From positions 148,353 through 212,352 of IMG/VR virus record IMGVR_UViG_3300038441_001119: a stretch of 64,000 nucleotides of DNA. One strand, written 5' to 3'. This document shows, in pieces, positions 34,604 through 44,427 of the stretch. The position numbers were made by a program, and so were the translations under genes. The notes below the pieces were generated by a model. It was not told where the DNA came from, ran no database searches, and worked only from the letters and a program-made list of their open reading frames with translations. How positions within the stretch are numbered: position 1 is the stretch's first letter; every line of letters begins with the position of its first letter.

Positions 34604-36978
34604 TAAGGTCTCACTTTCCGCTTTGTAGGTCTAGATGTCAAGTCAGTTTGATTCCAAGTATCTTCTGTCGATGGTTTATCCAGAACCTCACCTGCGTCGA
34701 ACGGATGTATCTTCTCTTCGGTGTTGTTCTTACCGGGCCACGGAAGGGAGCTGGCATCAGTTCTGATCTGATTCTGAAGGTGGTCGTCCGAGAATTCCCA
34801 TTCTTCATACTCACTATAGTCACTATCCTCATCCGAGTGCGTCTCGATATAGTCTTGGGCGTGTGGAAGATGCAAGGCATCCTCGGAGTCCTGCTCATAC
34901 TGATGGTGGGCATCATCGTTGTACTTCCACTCGTAACCAGCCGCAACCTCCTGAACTGTCTGCTTGAGACGTTCATTGATGTCATTCTGGATGTTCTCAG
35001 AGTTGCCGTCTCCGTTGATGGAGATGTTACCCGGTCCCCCGACACGGATGTGGTTAGTGTGAGCCGGGTCACCTTTCGAGATAGCAGGTCCGAAGATGTT
35101 ACCGCCAACACGCAGGGTGTCTGCGACAGCCACCTTCTTAGCAAATGAAGCGTTACCGGAACTATTGATCTTGAACTTGTCACTTACGATGAAGTCACCT
35201 GATGGACGGAAGAAGGCGTCATTACCGTTGAACTGGAAGTCTCTGGTGGCGACACAGGTAATGTTACGCTTACTGTCCAATTTGATCAGTTTCTTACCAT
35301 CCAAGATGATCTTCTCTCTGGTAGCCGTCAGACCAATGTCACCCTTCTCGGATTCCGCCAAGATGTCCTTGTTAGCGAGTATGGTGAGGCTGTGTTTAGG
35401 GACGTCAATGAAGACACCTGTCTTGACACTGTTCTCGCCTCCTTCTCCAGACTCACTGGTAGACTCAGTGTCTTCCTCAGCGTCGGACTTGATATACACA
35501 GTTCCCTCTTCCGAGAGTATGTTCATACCTTTCCGGGCTTTCAGGAACATATCCTCTTCTACAGAGGTGATCTCAACGGTCTTACGGGCTTTCTGGAAGA
35601 TGTTATTGGCTACAACCACGAAGTCGCCGCCACAGTCAACGTGGACATCCCTAGGAGCCGAAATCTGCACGAACCCGCGTCCCATGTAGACGGAAGAGCC
35701 GTATCCATCCATCAGAACAATAGAACCGTCACGGAAGATACGGATAGTGCTGTAGGTCTCAATGTACACCAGACCTGAATTGGTCTTGCGTTTGTCCTCT
35801 TCCCAGTTGTTTGGATCTGGTGCCGGGGTATCCTCTTCTGTAGCAATCTCGAAGTCTTTCTTGAGCTGACGGAAACGCTCCAGTGATTTGAAGTTCGACA
35901 GGTAACGTGCATACTCCCTCATCTGGTAAGCCATGTCCTGCGGAGTATCTCCTTCTTTCCAAGTGCGGATAGGTTCAGTGTCCAAATCTTCAAAGTCTTC
36001 CGCCTTGTCACCCTCTGGGTCGTAGTGGCGCTTGAGTCGTTTGGGTACGAGCTGACGACAGACGCGTTCGAGGACGATCTCCCCGGTAGTGCGCTGCAGG
36101 AAGGAGCCGTCGGCATTTACGTGGTGACTACCTTTGCCCGTCAATATAGCTGATGCCGAGCGTGCTGGCTCTTTGATGAACTCATGGATGAAGTCGCCAA
36201 GCCATCCTTCATACTGCCTGTAACGATCTTGGAAGTTATCCACGATGTCTTTCTCGTGGTTGTACTTCACCTGATTCTTTTTGGTAGCAGCTTTTGGCGT
36301 CTTTGCGGACAAACGGTTACCGGTCTCGTGTTCGTAGCTATTAAGTGAACGCTCCACATTAACCCTACCGTCATTATAGATGTCCTCTGAACCAGCAGAG
36401 TGGAAGTGCTCAAAGTTCTCGCTGATGACGCGCACCATGTCGCGCAGCAGATGCGTCTCAATCTTGGCCTTGTCGCCAGATTTCATCATCATTAGGTTAT
36501 TCAGGAATAGAAGACCCACGCCGAATGCGTTGGATAGGTCGAACTCACCTTCCAAAATGTCACCAGTAGTCAGAGCATGGAAAGTACCTGCGGTTTTACC
36601 ATAAACTTTACTCTCTTTACGGGTGTAAGAGCCGGTAGAGGTCTTAGCACCCCCTGCGACCATATCGCCGGGTTCAGTGGGGAGAGCCTGAATGACAAAC
36701 GACGTATTACCATATAGCACAGCCACACGCCCGCCCACTGGTGGAACTGTTTTAATCTTGAAGCCGAGTAGGGGCGCCATGATAGCTCCTGCGGCCCAGT
36801 AAACGTTCTCCAGCGTTGCAGCAGGGTTGTCTGTACGAATAACGCAGTGACCTGACGCAGCATTAACGCTAACAACGGTTCCTGTGTATATTTTACCCAC
36901 ATCAAAGAGGGCATTGCCGGAAGCATTCATTACTCCAGCCTGTTTGACCGCTGCTACACCTACAAAGTCGTCTGACAT
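34603..36978 (-). CDS. baseplate central spike (gp5/VgrG-like, 791 aa)
   Basis: N-terminal OB-fold-like IYTGTVVSVN...HCVIRT; C-terminal short beta repeats (VEITSVEEDMFLKARKGMNILSEEGTVYIKS). Confidence 0.7.
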   Translation of the reverse strand: MSDDFVGVAAVKQAGVMNASGNALFDVGKIYTGTVVSVNAASGHCVIRTDNPAATLENVYWAAGAIMAPLLGFKIKTVPPVGGRVAVLYGNTSFVIQALPTEPGDMVAGGAKTSTGSYTRKESKVYGKTAGTFHALTTGDILEGEFDLSNAFGVGLLFLNNLMMMKSGDKAKIETHLLRDMVRVISENFEHFHSAGSEDIYNDGRVNVERSLNSYEHETGNRLSAKTPKAATKKNQVKYNHEKDIVDNFQDRYRQYEGWLGDFIHEFIKEPARSASAILTGKGSHHVNADGSFLQRTTGEIVLERVCRQLVPKRLKRHYDPEGDKAEDFEDLDTEPIRTWKEGDTPQDMAYQMREYARYLSNFKSLERFRQLKKDFEIATEEDTPAPDPNNWEEDKRKTNSGLVYIETYSTIRIFRDGSIVLMDGYGSSVYMGRGFVQISAPRDVHVDCGGDFVVVANNIFQKARKTVEITSVEEDMFLKARKGMNILSEEGTVYIKSDAEEDTESTSESGEGGENSVKTGVFIDVPKHSLTILANKDILAESEKGDIGLTATREKIILDGKKLIKLDSKRNITCVATRDFQFNGNDAFFRPSGDFIVSDKFKINSSGNASFAKKVAVADTLRVGGNIFGPAISKGDPAHTNHIRVGGPGNISINGDGNSENIQNDINERLKQTVQEVAAGYEWKYNDDAHHQYEQDSEDALHLPHAQDYIETHSDEDSDYSEYEEWEFSDDHLQNQIRTDASSLPWPGKNNTEEKIHPFDAGEVLDKPSTEDTWNQTDLTSRPTKRKVRP

Positions 36979-36984
36979 ACAGCG

Positions 36985-37012
36985 ACAATACAGAAAATAC
37001 CCCTAAAGTCAA
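36985..37012 (-). promoter_or_regulatory. sigma70-like promoter, probably leaderless
   Basis: TTGACT-N16-TATTGT, 6 nt before the ATG at 36978. Confidence 0.55.
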
Positions 37013-37047
37013 TAAATAGCAAACCCCATCCCTTGTGGGGATGGGGT
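37013..37047 (-). terminator. intrinsic terminator after the tail tube gene
   Basis: Perfect 10-bp stem ACCCCATCCC / GGGATGGGGT with 5-nt loop, followed by TTGCTATTTA. Confidence 0.75.
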
Positions 37048-37072
37048 CGCACTCCTGTTATGGAGGGGTTAA

Positions 37073-37510
37073 TTATTTGGCTGCCATATCGGCAACCTTA
37101 AGATTGATTGTTTCTTGGATGGTGGTTTCACCAGCGGCGATATTGAAACCGACCGAAGTGATAGCAGCACCAGTAAAGACCAGACCACCGCTACCGCAGA
37201 CGCACTCATTTCCCTCTTTGAGGTCGATGGAGATCGTCTTGATGATTCCACACTTGGAGCCTTTCCAACCCGAGAAGAAACCATTACATCCGACATAACG
37301 TCCGATGTTTAGCGTTCCTTCCGCGTTACCGAAGCCCCAATACACACTGGCATCGCCAACCACCGCAATCGAGTCGATCCGACGACCGTACTCACCACGG
37401 ATGGATTGTACAAGTTTACCGCCATCACCTTGGGTGGTGAGGATCGCATACTCGGGAGCGGCGAATTGGGCGTCCGCCTTAACTTCCCTGTTGATACCGA
37501 AGAATCCCAT
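37073..37510 (-). CDS. tail tube protein (145 aa)
   Basis: Small beta-rich protein immediately downstream of the sheath and followed by a terminator. Confidence 0.75.
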   Translation of the reverse strand: MGFFGINREVKADAQFAAPEYAILTTQGDGGKLVQSIRGEYGRRIDSIAVVGDASVYWGFGNAEGTLNIGRYVGCNGFFSGWKGSKCGIIKTISIDLKEGNECVCGSGGLVFTGAAITSVGFNIAAGETTIQETINLKVADMAAK

Positions 37511-37526
37511 ATACGTGAATTATAGA

Positions 37527-40382
37527 TTAGAGAGTGAGACCTGTCACGGCTTCAAGTTCCACAGCCGTCACATTGTTCGGCACAGGGACTTCAAGTTTTG
37601 CTTTAACGAGAATCCGATCTTTGAACTTCGGATGAACTTTGACGGTGACCGCTTCAAGTTCGCTGTTCTCGTCTGCGAAGGCGATCAGCTGAGGACCAAC
37701 TTCCGAGGTAGCGTCTGCCATCGTTGCGCTCTTAAGGATTTCGAATGCCTTATTGCGAACCCATGCCAGCGTAGTTGCATTGACGTTCCGGCGTCCGATA
37801 ACGGGGTCGATTTCGTCTTTGAACTGGAAGGAGATACTGTCGACGTTGGTTCCAACCGAATCTTCGTAGTAGAGGATACCGTCGGAAACATCCGTGGTCA
37901 GCTGGTGACGGATGAACACTTCACCACCTTCGAGTTCTTGGGTGATGATGAACACACCGTTTGCAGCAGCGCGGTCAAGGTCAGCAGTCTCGTACTTGGA
38001 GTACATGAGAGGTGCTTCGACCACCGAGGTGATTTCCGTCTTCGAGAGACCGATCCAAGGCACTTGAGCGCAACGGAGGCCAGCCACTTCACAAGCAAGG
38101 TACTTGTTTGGAATAGTGACGTATTCACCGTAGACATCGTAACCTAGACCGTTGTCGCACCAGACGTTAACTGCGCGGCGGTTGTTGACGAACTTCGAGC
38201 GATTGATGATGTAGTCGATTTCGTTGTCGACGTTATCTTCTTTCGTGATCACGACTGCGACTGGTTCAGCGATAGCAACCGCTGGACCGGTCGTCAGAAT
38301 GATTTCCGTGTTCGAAACCACCGAACTGACTTTGTAAGTTCCACCGTCGATTGTGAGGCTGTCCCCATTAGCAACCAGAGTCGAGAGATTCTGAATTGCA
38401 GCGGTGAAGGTCACGAGGCGGTTACTACCTGCGTAGTCGGTAACGGTTGCGAGGTATGGGTTACCAGCGGAATCTTCGTCGATGATGTTGTAGGCTCCCG
38501 GATTGTCAGTACCGAAGTAGCAACGGCGGAAGTTCTTATGAGTCTCATCGGACATCACCGAGCAGTGGTCGGCAACCGCTTTGATTGCACCAATGTCAGA
38601 GGTGAGGATTGCCAGAGCGTAGACGAGGTCATTGCGCTCAATCTTCTTGAGGGCTGCGACGTAGTCTGCGCGAGAGTAACCGTTCGTGCGAAGAGCGTAG
38701 ACTCGGGTGTTCTGGGAACCTTTACGAGCACTGTAGACACCGTAGGCGAGGTCGTTCTGGATGTCGATACGTCCAAGCTTATCTTCGAAATCGCTTTCGT
38801 CGATGATGACTGCTTTGTCGCTCACCGAAACCGGAACCACTGCACGCCAGCTGGCTTTCAGTTCACCAATTCCATCAAGGAGGGTGATGTACTTGTATCC
38901 AGTGCTGCGGGCGGCTTGGTAGAGAGTGAGACCAGCTGCGTATTCCAGAGTGGAGGTTTCAGAGTCAAAGGTGAACGGGTTACCGTAGGCGAGGTTCGTT
39001 GCGAGATACTCACCAGTGAAGACCCGACGGATCTGAACTTCAAACTCAGCGTCTGTTTCACCAACCGCGAACTTGACTGGACCATCGAGGATCAGACCGT
39101 TGAATTCCGTCGCGGACTTGGCAGCTGCCTTGACTTTGATATAGAACACATCGTTACCGCGAAGACCGGAGGCTGCGAGGGTGTTGAGGCTGTCGAACCT
39201 AACCGAGATACCCGAGGAACCGAGCGGGATGACTGTAACACCCGTGGAGGCGACGTTGTGGTCAGCAGCAGGAACCGCACCGAGTTGGTCGTAGATGGTG
39301 ACCACCGCAGGACTTGCAGTGCCTTTACCAGTCTTGACCTTGATGTAGAGAGTATTGTCAACTTCACCGACGTAAGCCGAACCACTGTTTGCAGTGATCT
39401 GGGTCGAGAAGTTAGCTGCGCCGTAGACAAGGTTCACTTTGACTACGAACTGTTCACCAACCGTAGGATCAACCGCACCGTTGGTCATGTCATAGACGAG
39501 GACTGCAACGTCTGGGAGAGTGATCGTGATGATATAAGCGCCGCCACCAGAATCGGTGATTGCGTAAGTACCAGAGCCAGTCACTTGACCGTTCGAGGAA
39601 GTGAAAGTAACCGTACCAGTGTCAGAGCCGGAATCAACCGTTGCCACCGTCACAGTAAACTTCTCACCGAAGTGGGCTTCACCTGCTTCGGTATATTGGT
39701 CACCGCGAACCAGAGCGAGGTCGGCGTAGTCTGCATCAATCGTCGCACTATCGTACGTGTAGTTGGCGGGGTCAGAGACTGCAGCCACCGTAGCAGAACC
39801 TGCAACTGCTGGGTTTGCGCTAGAAGCTCCAAAGAGACCGTTAGCACCATCAGTACCAAAGTCAGAGTCAGTCGTAACTGGTTCGAAGCCAACCACAGTA
39901 CGGGAGATCACATTGGAAGCCCCATCAGTGATAACCACTTTGTCACCAACTTGGACATTGCGGCCGCGAAGACCAGTGAGAGAGGGAGAACCTGCCAGAT
40001 TACGAACCGTGGCGGTTGGGTGAATCAAAAGATGAGGAGCAGCACGAGTACCGTCGAACGCTTCGCCTGCAGCATCCGACCAAGTGCTTTCGTCAAGCAG
40101 ATGGGCTTCCACGCTGTCAGCATAGAGTTTGATGGAGTCTTCGTCTACGATGAGACTTTGCTCAGTGACATTATAGGCGACACCATCAGGTTGTTCAAAT
40201 GCCAGAGGAAGCTCACCACCGGCATCCGAAAAAGAAACAGTTTCGATTGTGTCAGTGGATGGATCTGCTACGGCATACTGTGGTCCGATTACCAAGGCAT
40301 TCATCCGCTCCACGGAGGCTCCAGCAACCGTTTGGAGAGTTTGCTTGATAAGAAGCTGCGGCGTGATGTAATCCGAAATCAT
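37527..40382 (-). CDS. contractile tail sheath protein (951 aa)
   Basis: N-terminal YITPQLLIKQ...ALVIGPQY; C-terminal sheath core DLDRAAANGVFII, IRHQLTTD, NVDSISF. Confidence 0.88.
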   Translation of the reverse strand: MISDYITPQLLIKQTLQTVAGASVERMNALVIGPQYAVADPSTDTIETVSFSDAGGELPLAFEQPDGVAYNVTEQSLIVDEDSIKLYADSVEAHLLDESTWSDAAGEAFDGTRAAPHLLIHPTATVRNLAGSPSLTGLRGRNVQVGDKVVITDGASNVISRTVVGFEPVTTDSDFGTDGANGLFGASSANPAVAGSATVAAVSDPANYTYDSATIDADYADLALVRGDQYTEAGEAHFGEKFTVTVATVDSGSDTGTVTFTSSNGQVTGSGTYAITDSGGGAYIITITLPDVAVLVYDMTNGAVDPTVGEQFVVKVNLVYGAANFSTQITANSGSAYVGEVDNTLYIKVKTGKGTASPAVVTIYDQLGAVPAADHNVASTGVTVIPLGSSGISVRFDSLNTLAASGLRGNDVFYIKVKAAAKSATEFNGLILDGPVKFAVGETDAEFEVQIRRVFTGEYLATNLAYGNPFTFDSETSTLEYAAGLTLYQAARSTGYKYITLLDGIGELKASWRAVVPVSVSDKAVIIDESDFEDKLGRIDIQNDLAYGVYSARKGSQNTRVYALRTNGYSRADYVAALKKIERNDLVYALAILTSDIGAIKAVADHCSVMSDETHKNFRRCYFGTDNPGAYNIIDEDSAGNPYLATVTDYAGSNRLVTFTAAIQNLSTLVANGDSLTIDGGTYKVSSVVSNTEIILTTGPAVAIAEPVAVVITKEDNVDNEIDYIINRSKFVNNRRAVNVWCDNGLGYDVYGEYVTIPNKYLACEVAGLRCAQVPWIGLSKTEITSVVEAPLMYSKYETADLDRAAANGVFIITQELEGGEVFIRHQLTTDVSDGILYYEDSVGTNVDSISFQFKDEIDPVIGRRNVNATTLAWVRNKAFEILKSATMADATSEVGPQLIAFADENSELEAVTVKVHPKFKDRILVKAKLEVPVPNNVTAVELEAVTGLTL

Positions 40383-40390
40383 CTTTTGTA

Positions 40391-41062
40391 TTATTCTGCA
40401 GTTAGATCAGAGGCAAACGTCTTCACTATATGTGATTCTGACGCGACTGACATAGTGAAGTTATACTGTAAATCAAGCCCAACGTCAACTTGATAATATC
40501 CCGTAACCCCTTGTTCAGGCTTCTTGGGAGTGGACATACCTTTTGGTTCACACAGTGACAGTCCCATAGTTTTCATGATGTCATCTTGGAATCCGGCAAG
40601 GAATTCTAGGGTAGATTGGGCTGCAATAAGGGCGTCTTCTCCGTTATCCCAACGATGTGAGAAGATCATGGGACACGAAGCCATCCATCCTTTGATCTGA
40701 GTCTTACTGGGAAGTTTGTTGTCAGTCTTAGGGTCTGCCCTGAAGTCCGCCAAGTTACCAATGACTTGTTTCTGAATAGACGTGTTACCTGCCACGATAA
40801 TGATCGATGGAACCGGGTTGGGGTTCTGCGGATCATCCTCATAGTTCATCTTAATCGTAAGGTCGCCTTTTGGATTCTCTTTGGTACGAATCTTATAACA
40901 ACCAAGCTGCCCTTGATAACGACCATGGTTAGCGCCGTTCTCCCAATGCATCTCGATAAGGTTCTTGAAGAAACCCCGCAATAGATACGCATCGGTAGGA
41001 AGGTTCTTGCACTCCTGAACCCTACAGTGAAACTCCCTGATCTTCTCTTGTAACTCAGTCAT
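40391..41062 (-). CDS. tail terminator/completion protein
   Basis: 223 aa directly upstream of the sheath; positional inference. Confidence 0.55.
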   Translation of the reverse strand: MTELQEKIREFHCRVQECKNLPTDAYLLRGFFKNLIEMHWENGANHGRYQGQLGCYKIRTKENPKGDLTIKMNYEDDPQNPNPVPSIIIVAGNTSIQKQVIGNLADFRADPKTDNKLPSKTQIKGWMASCPMIFSHRWDNGEDALIAAQSTLEFLAGFQDDIMKTMGLSLCEPKGMSTPKKPEQGVTGYYQVDVGLDLQYNFTMSVASESHIVKTFASDLTAE

Positions 41063-41918
41063 CTGACGTATGTACTATAGGATCGCTTGCGTGGAAAGGA
41101 TAATTGTGGTCCCTCTGTGGAGGAGGAAGAGGAATAGCGTACCTGTCGTCGTCTTTGCGTAGTTGTTCTGCTTCCACGTCATAGGCAACAGGAAGGAAGC
41201 CCCTGAACTCATAGGGTTGCACATTACCTGTGATAATCAGACGCAGATCAGAGTATGGTAGAACGATAAGATGTCCTTGCTCTGGCTTGGGGAATCCAAG
41301 GAGACGCAACTTGAAAGATTGCTCTTCCTTGTTGGACATACCCTCTGGATCATCTTTAATGTCCATTGGACCAATCTGAGCCAGTTCAGCTCTGGTTTGG
41401 ACGATGGCTTGGAAACCATTTGCAAACCAAGTACCGAAAGAGTCTGGCGCCAAACAAGACGAGCCTGCCAGCTGACTTGTGGTAGGATTAAGGGCTGCAG
41501 ATGGTTCTCCACTGGTGGAAGGAATACAGTGAAACACTGGTACACCATTATGACGCATTCTGAGGAACTCCATACGTCGCATCTTATAGAGTACGCCGTA
41601 CTGTGACCTAGTCAGGAGTTCCGAGTAGGTCCCAACAATAGGAGAATCATAATCCCCGCTAGAGTGCTCCAGCAGGAGTCTATAATAATAACTGCGGAAC
41701 TTACTGCGATCAGTAAGAGTATCGTCCTCATAGAAGTCTACACCTACAACAGGATTATCGGGATTGAGCAGTTCCCAGTCTCCAGACTTATCTATACCTG
41801 TAGGGGACCTATAGACATAGATCGCCCCAGTCTCATACCCCGGAGTAAGTTTCCATGTAAGGATACAGGAACTCGTTCCATATGAGGGTTGGGTGTAGAA
41901 AGATTGAAAAGGGTTCAT
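41055..41918 (-). CDS. neck/head-closure protein with Fn3-like N-terminus
   Basis: LTWKL...IYVYRS...WELLN...YYYRL Fn3-like pattern; position between adaptor and terminator genes. Confidence 0.5.
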   Translation of the reverse strand: MNPFQSFYTQPSYGTSSCILTWKLTPGYETGAIYVYRSPTGIDKSGDWELLNPDNPVVGVDFYEDDTLTDRSKFRSYYYRLLLEHSSGDYDSPIVGTYSELLTRSQYGVLYKMRRMEFLRMRHNGVPVFHCIPSTSGEPSAALNPTTSQLAGSSCLAPDSFGTWFANGFQAIVQTRAELAQIGPMDIKDDPEGMSNKEEQSFKLRLLGFPKPEQGHLIVLPYSDLRLIITGNVQPYEFRGFLPVAYDVEAEQLRKDDDRYAIPLPPPQRDHNYPFHASDPIVHTSDD

Positions 41919-42682
41919 TACAGTGTGCCTGCTTTCATCTGCTTATTGAGATTCTTCATCTCCAGATCTTGACCAGCTGCAAAGTTATCGGTCGTACCAG
42001 ACCAGCCTTGGCTAATACCATCAGCAGGGTTTCTGTTCAATAGAGCATAGACATGAGAGGCGGGGTCATTTTCAAAGCCCCTCCCGGTCGACATATCAAT
42101 GCCTTCTTCCTCCATACCCCTGTTATATCCGCTGAACTTGTCTTGCAAGTATTCGATACCACGGTCAGCGTACTCAACGCCGGTTCCAATAGCTCCACCG
42201 ATAGCGGCACCCGGAATAGCTCCTACGCCACCTGCAAAGGCTCCAATACCTGCTCCAATACCTGCTCCGACCAGACCGTAGGAGTTACGTGCGGTTTCAC
42301 GGAGATCCCGTCGGCCTGCACGCGTGCTGAGATGGTTTTTCATACCGCCAACAGTCTTGCTGTTCTGATACATGTTGTATCCAGCTAGACCAGTTGTTCC
42401 TACGCCTACAGCTGCACCAATGAGAGGCATAGCCTTACCGCCAAGCTTCCCTGCGCTTACTGCAGCTGTTCTAGCAGCACTATTACCTGCTGTAGCAACA
42501 TTGTAGCCCTTACGGAGGGTGTTACCGGTATGAGCTAGATCAAGTCCTGTCATACCGCCTTGTAGAGCACCAGTCATAGCACTACCACCCGGTTTAGCAT
42601 AGCTGCCCGGAGGAGGTGTCTGCATGAATGACTTTTTGATCATCCCAAGCAGTTCTGTCTGCTTTCTATTGAGTGAATCCAT
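41918..42682 (-). CDS. glycine-zipper protein, probable internal-head/ejection protein
   Basis: GLVGAGIGAGIGAFAGGVGAIPGAAIGGAIG; start set at MDSLNR (TAATG overlap at 42682). Confidence 0.55.
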   Translation of the reverse strand: MDSLNRKQTELLGMIKKSFMQTPPPGSYAKPGGSAMTGALQGGMTGLDLAHTGNTLRKGYNVATAGNSAARTAAVSAGKLGGKAMPLIGAAVGVGTTGLAGYNMYQNSKTVGGMKNHLSTRAGRRDLRETARNSYGLVGAGIGAGIGAFAGGVGAIPGAAIGGAIGTGVEYADRGIEYLQDKFSGYNRGMEEEGIDMSTGRGFENDPASHVYALLNRNPADGISQGWSGTTDNFAAGQDLEMKNLNKQMKAGTL

Positions 42683-43110
42683 TATCCAAGTTGTCCCCAA
42701 GCGTTCATCGTATTGATGGTACACTTGATAGCTTTAGCAGCAGTGATGAACTCGGCTTTGTGGTATTTAGCCATTTCACCGAGATGTTTGATCTGTTTCT
42801 CGACAATGTTGACACCTACGTTACCAGCAGTGTAATCCACGTCATTACGCATGAGTTTGGACATACGGCTGATGTAAAGCTGAGCAACAACACCGTCTAG
42901 GAACACGTTGGTATCAGATGACAGACAATCTGCATCTACAAAGGACACCATCGGAGTAATGGAGTTGTAGCTACGCGCACAACGTCTCATGGCATCCGCA
43001 ATTTCCTCGGAACTGAACGTAAGGTCCATTTCGAGTTCATTGTCTTCGATGGTACGGTCTAGTACATAGTTCCGCACATCTTCCTCAGTGATCTTGTGGT
43101 TATTGCTCAT
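42682..43110 (-). CDS. head-tail adaptor (neck) protein (142 aa)
   Basis: Small helical protein between the capsid and tail genes; ITEEDVRNYVLD N-terminus. Confidence 0.55.
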   Translation of the reverse strand: MSNNHKITEEDVRNYVLDRTIEDNELEMDLTFSSEEIADAMRRCARSYNSITPMVSFVDADCLSSDTNVFLDGVVAQLYISRMSKLMRNDVDYTAGNVGVNIVEKQIKHLGEMAKYHKAEFITAAKAIKCTINTMNAWGQLG

Positions 43111-44312
43111 TAGTTAGGGTCACCGAAGGCGTGATAGTAGTTAGGGTTTGAGCGATGCTGTTGGCTCTGAAGATCACGTGCATGTTCCGTCAGACGACCA
43201 GCGGCTTGGACACGCTCAGGGTTATATCCTTGAACACGATTAACAAACTTCTGACCAAGTCTGACAGGGGCGTTATACCAAGTACCACTCTGGTCTGCTT
43301 TGCGTTCGTCGAGGAGCCTACGAGAGCCTTCACGGACATACGGCTGGAAGCGGCTCTTGACATCATTGATCTGGCGAGACATAGCAAGATTACGACCGTC
43401 CAGTCCTTCCTGCTTGTCGATATAGCGATCCCTCATAGATTCGAGGTTGCCAGCGAGGGTCGACTTTTCAGCGCGGAGGTTCTGGAGTTGCATGTCCAGA
43501 TCTTGCAGCTGAGTCAGAGCACGAGGGTCTGCCCCAGCGCGGTTTTCTGCCATGGAGATCTGATTACGGAGATTAGCTTCCTTACGGGCGAGACTGTCCA
43601 TTTGAGAACGAACGCCTGCGGACTCCGTGTTGAAAACAGAACCATTCTGGGCGAAGTTCGATCCAGTGGCAGCTCCACCCCCTTGAAGGCTATTAGCCAT
43701 CGAGCTAGAGGCACTGGAGGAATCAGCAGAAGGGCTACCGTAGAAAGAGTCAAATGGACTGTAGTTTGGCACTGCGGTGCTGTTTGCACTCATACCAAAG
43801 CTATTACTACCTCCACCGGAAGAACCGTAGTTATTACCCGTACTACCGGAGTCGCCCCATTCATCGAGAGGAGCGCCCATATTAGGAAGATCGCCGTGCC
43901 GGTCGTTGTACATACCTTTCAGACCTTCATAGCCTTTGTATCCCCCATAGAGAGCGCCTGCACCGAGGACACGCTTGGCAGTTAGGTTGACACCACCGAT
44001 GTTACCGAAAGGTTTGTTCAGCGCCTTGCCAGCGAACTGACGAAAGGCCGAAGGTGGTTTAGGTACGTGTGGAACCTTTGGAAGAGGAGGTGCACCATGC
44101 GGCATACCCTTCGAAGGCATCTGGAAAGGGAATTTAGCACCACCCCGGAACATTTTCATAGGATTCCAGCTGATGGCCGACTTGACGTGACCTTCCTCCA
44201 TCATCGAAGCAGCTTTAACCAAAAGGCTTGCTGTCTGTTCTTCAGTCAAACCCGATTTGGCACATTCGGCTACGAATCCTGCCGCAAAATCCTTGAATTC
44301 AGTTTTATCCAT
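43110..44312 (-). CDS. probable internal-head protein with N-terminal propeptide (400 aa)
   Basis: LVKAAS and HVKSAI motifs close a 46-aa leader; Gly/Ser-rich middle and coiled-coil C-terminus. Confidence 0.55.
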   Translation of the reverse strand: MDKTEFKDFAAGFVAECAKSGLTEEQTASLLVKAASMMEEGHVKSAISWNPMKMFRGGAKFPFQMPSKGMPHGAPPLPKVPHVPKPPSAFRQFAGKALNKPFGNIGGVNLTAKRVLGAGALYGGYKGYEGLKGMYNDRHGDLPNMGAPLDEWGDSGSTGNNYGSSGGGSNSFGMSANSTAVPNYSPFDSFYGSPSADSSSASSSMANSLQGGGAATGSNFAQNGSVFNTESAGVRSQMDSLARKEANLRNQISMAENRAGADPRALTQLQDLDMQLQNLRAEKSTLAGNLESMRDRYIDKQEGLDGRNLAMSRQINDVKSRFQPYVREGSRRLLDERKADQSGTWYNAPVRLGQKFVNRVQGYNPERVQAAGRLTEHARDLQSQQHRSNPNYYHAFGDPN

Positions 44313-44332
44313 ACTGCTTCGAAATAATGATC

Positions 44333-44361
44333 ACTATATCAAACTCAACAAACGACTGCAA
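44333..44361 (-). promoter_or_regulatory. sigma70-like promoter
   Basis: TTGCAG-N17-TATAGT with TG extension, 20 nt before the ATG. Confidence 0.6.
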
Positions 44362-44362
44362 A

Positions 44363-44392
44363 TAGAAACGGGCTAGGTTTTACCCTAGCCCG
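44363..44392 (-). terminator. intrinsic terminator after the major capsid gene
   Basis: 9-bp stem CGGGCTAGG / CCTAGCCCG with 6-nt loop, followed by TTTCTATTT. Confidence 0.75.
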
Positions 44393-44427
44393 CTCTTTAT
44401 GCTTTTATACGCTACCCAACAGAGGGA

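Noticed and set aside
38538-40493. 651-aa plus-strand ORF
   Set aside because: Shadow ORF exactly antisense to the sheath gene, explained by codon bias; no motifs.
42241-42270. Short tandem DNA repeat GCTCCAATACCT
   Set aside because: It simply encodes the GAGI-GAGI glycine zipper.
42673-42900. HEFGH metallopeptidase-like motif in a 75-aa plus-strand ORF
   Set aside because: Antisense to the head-tail adaptor gene, too short and lacking a third ligand; likely chance.
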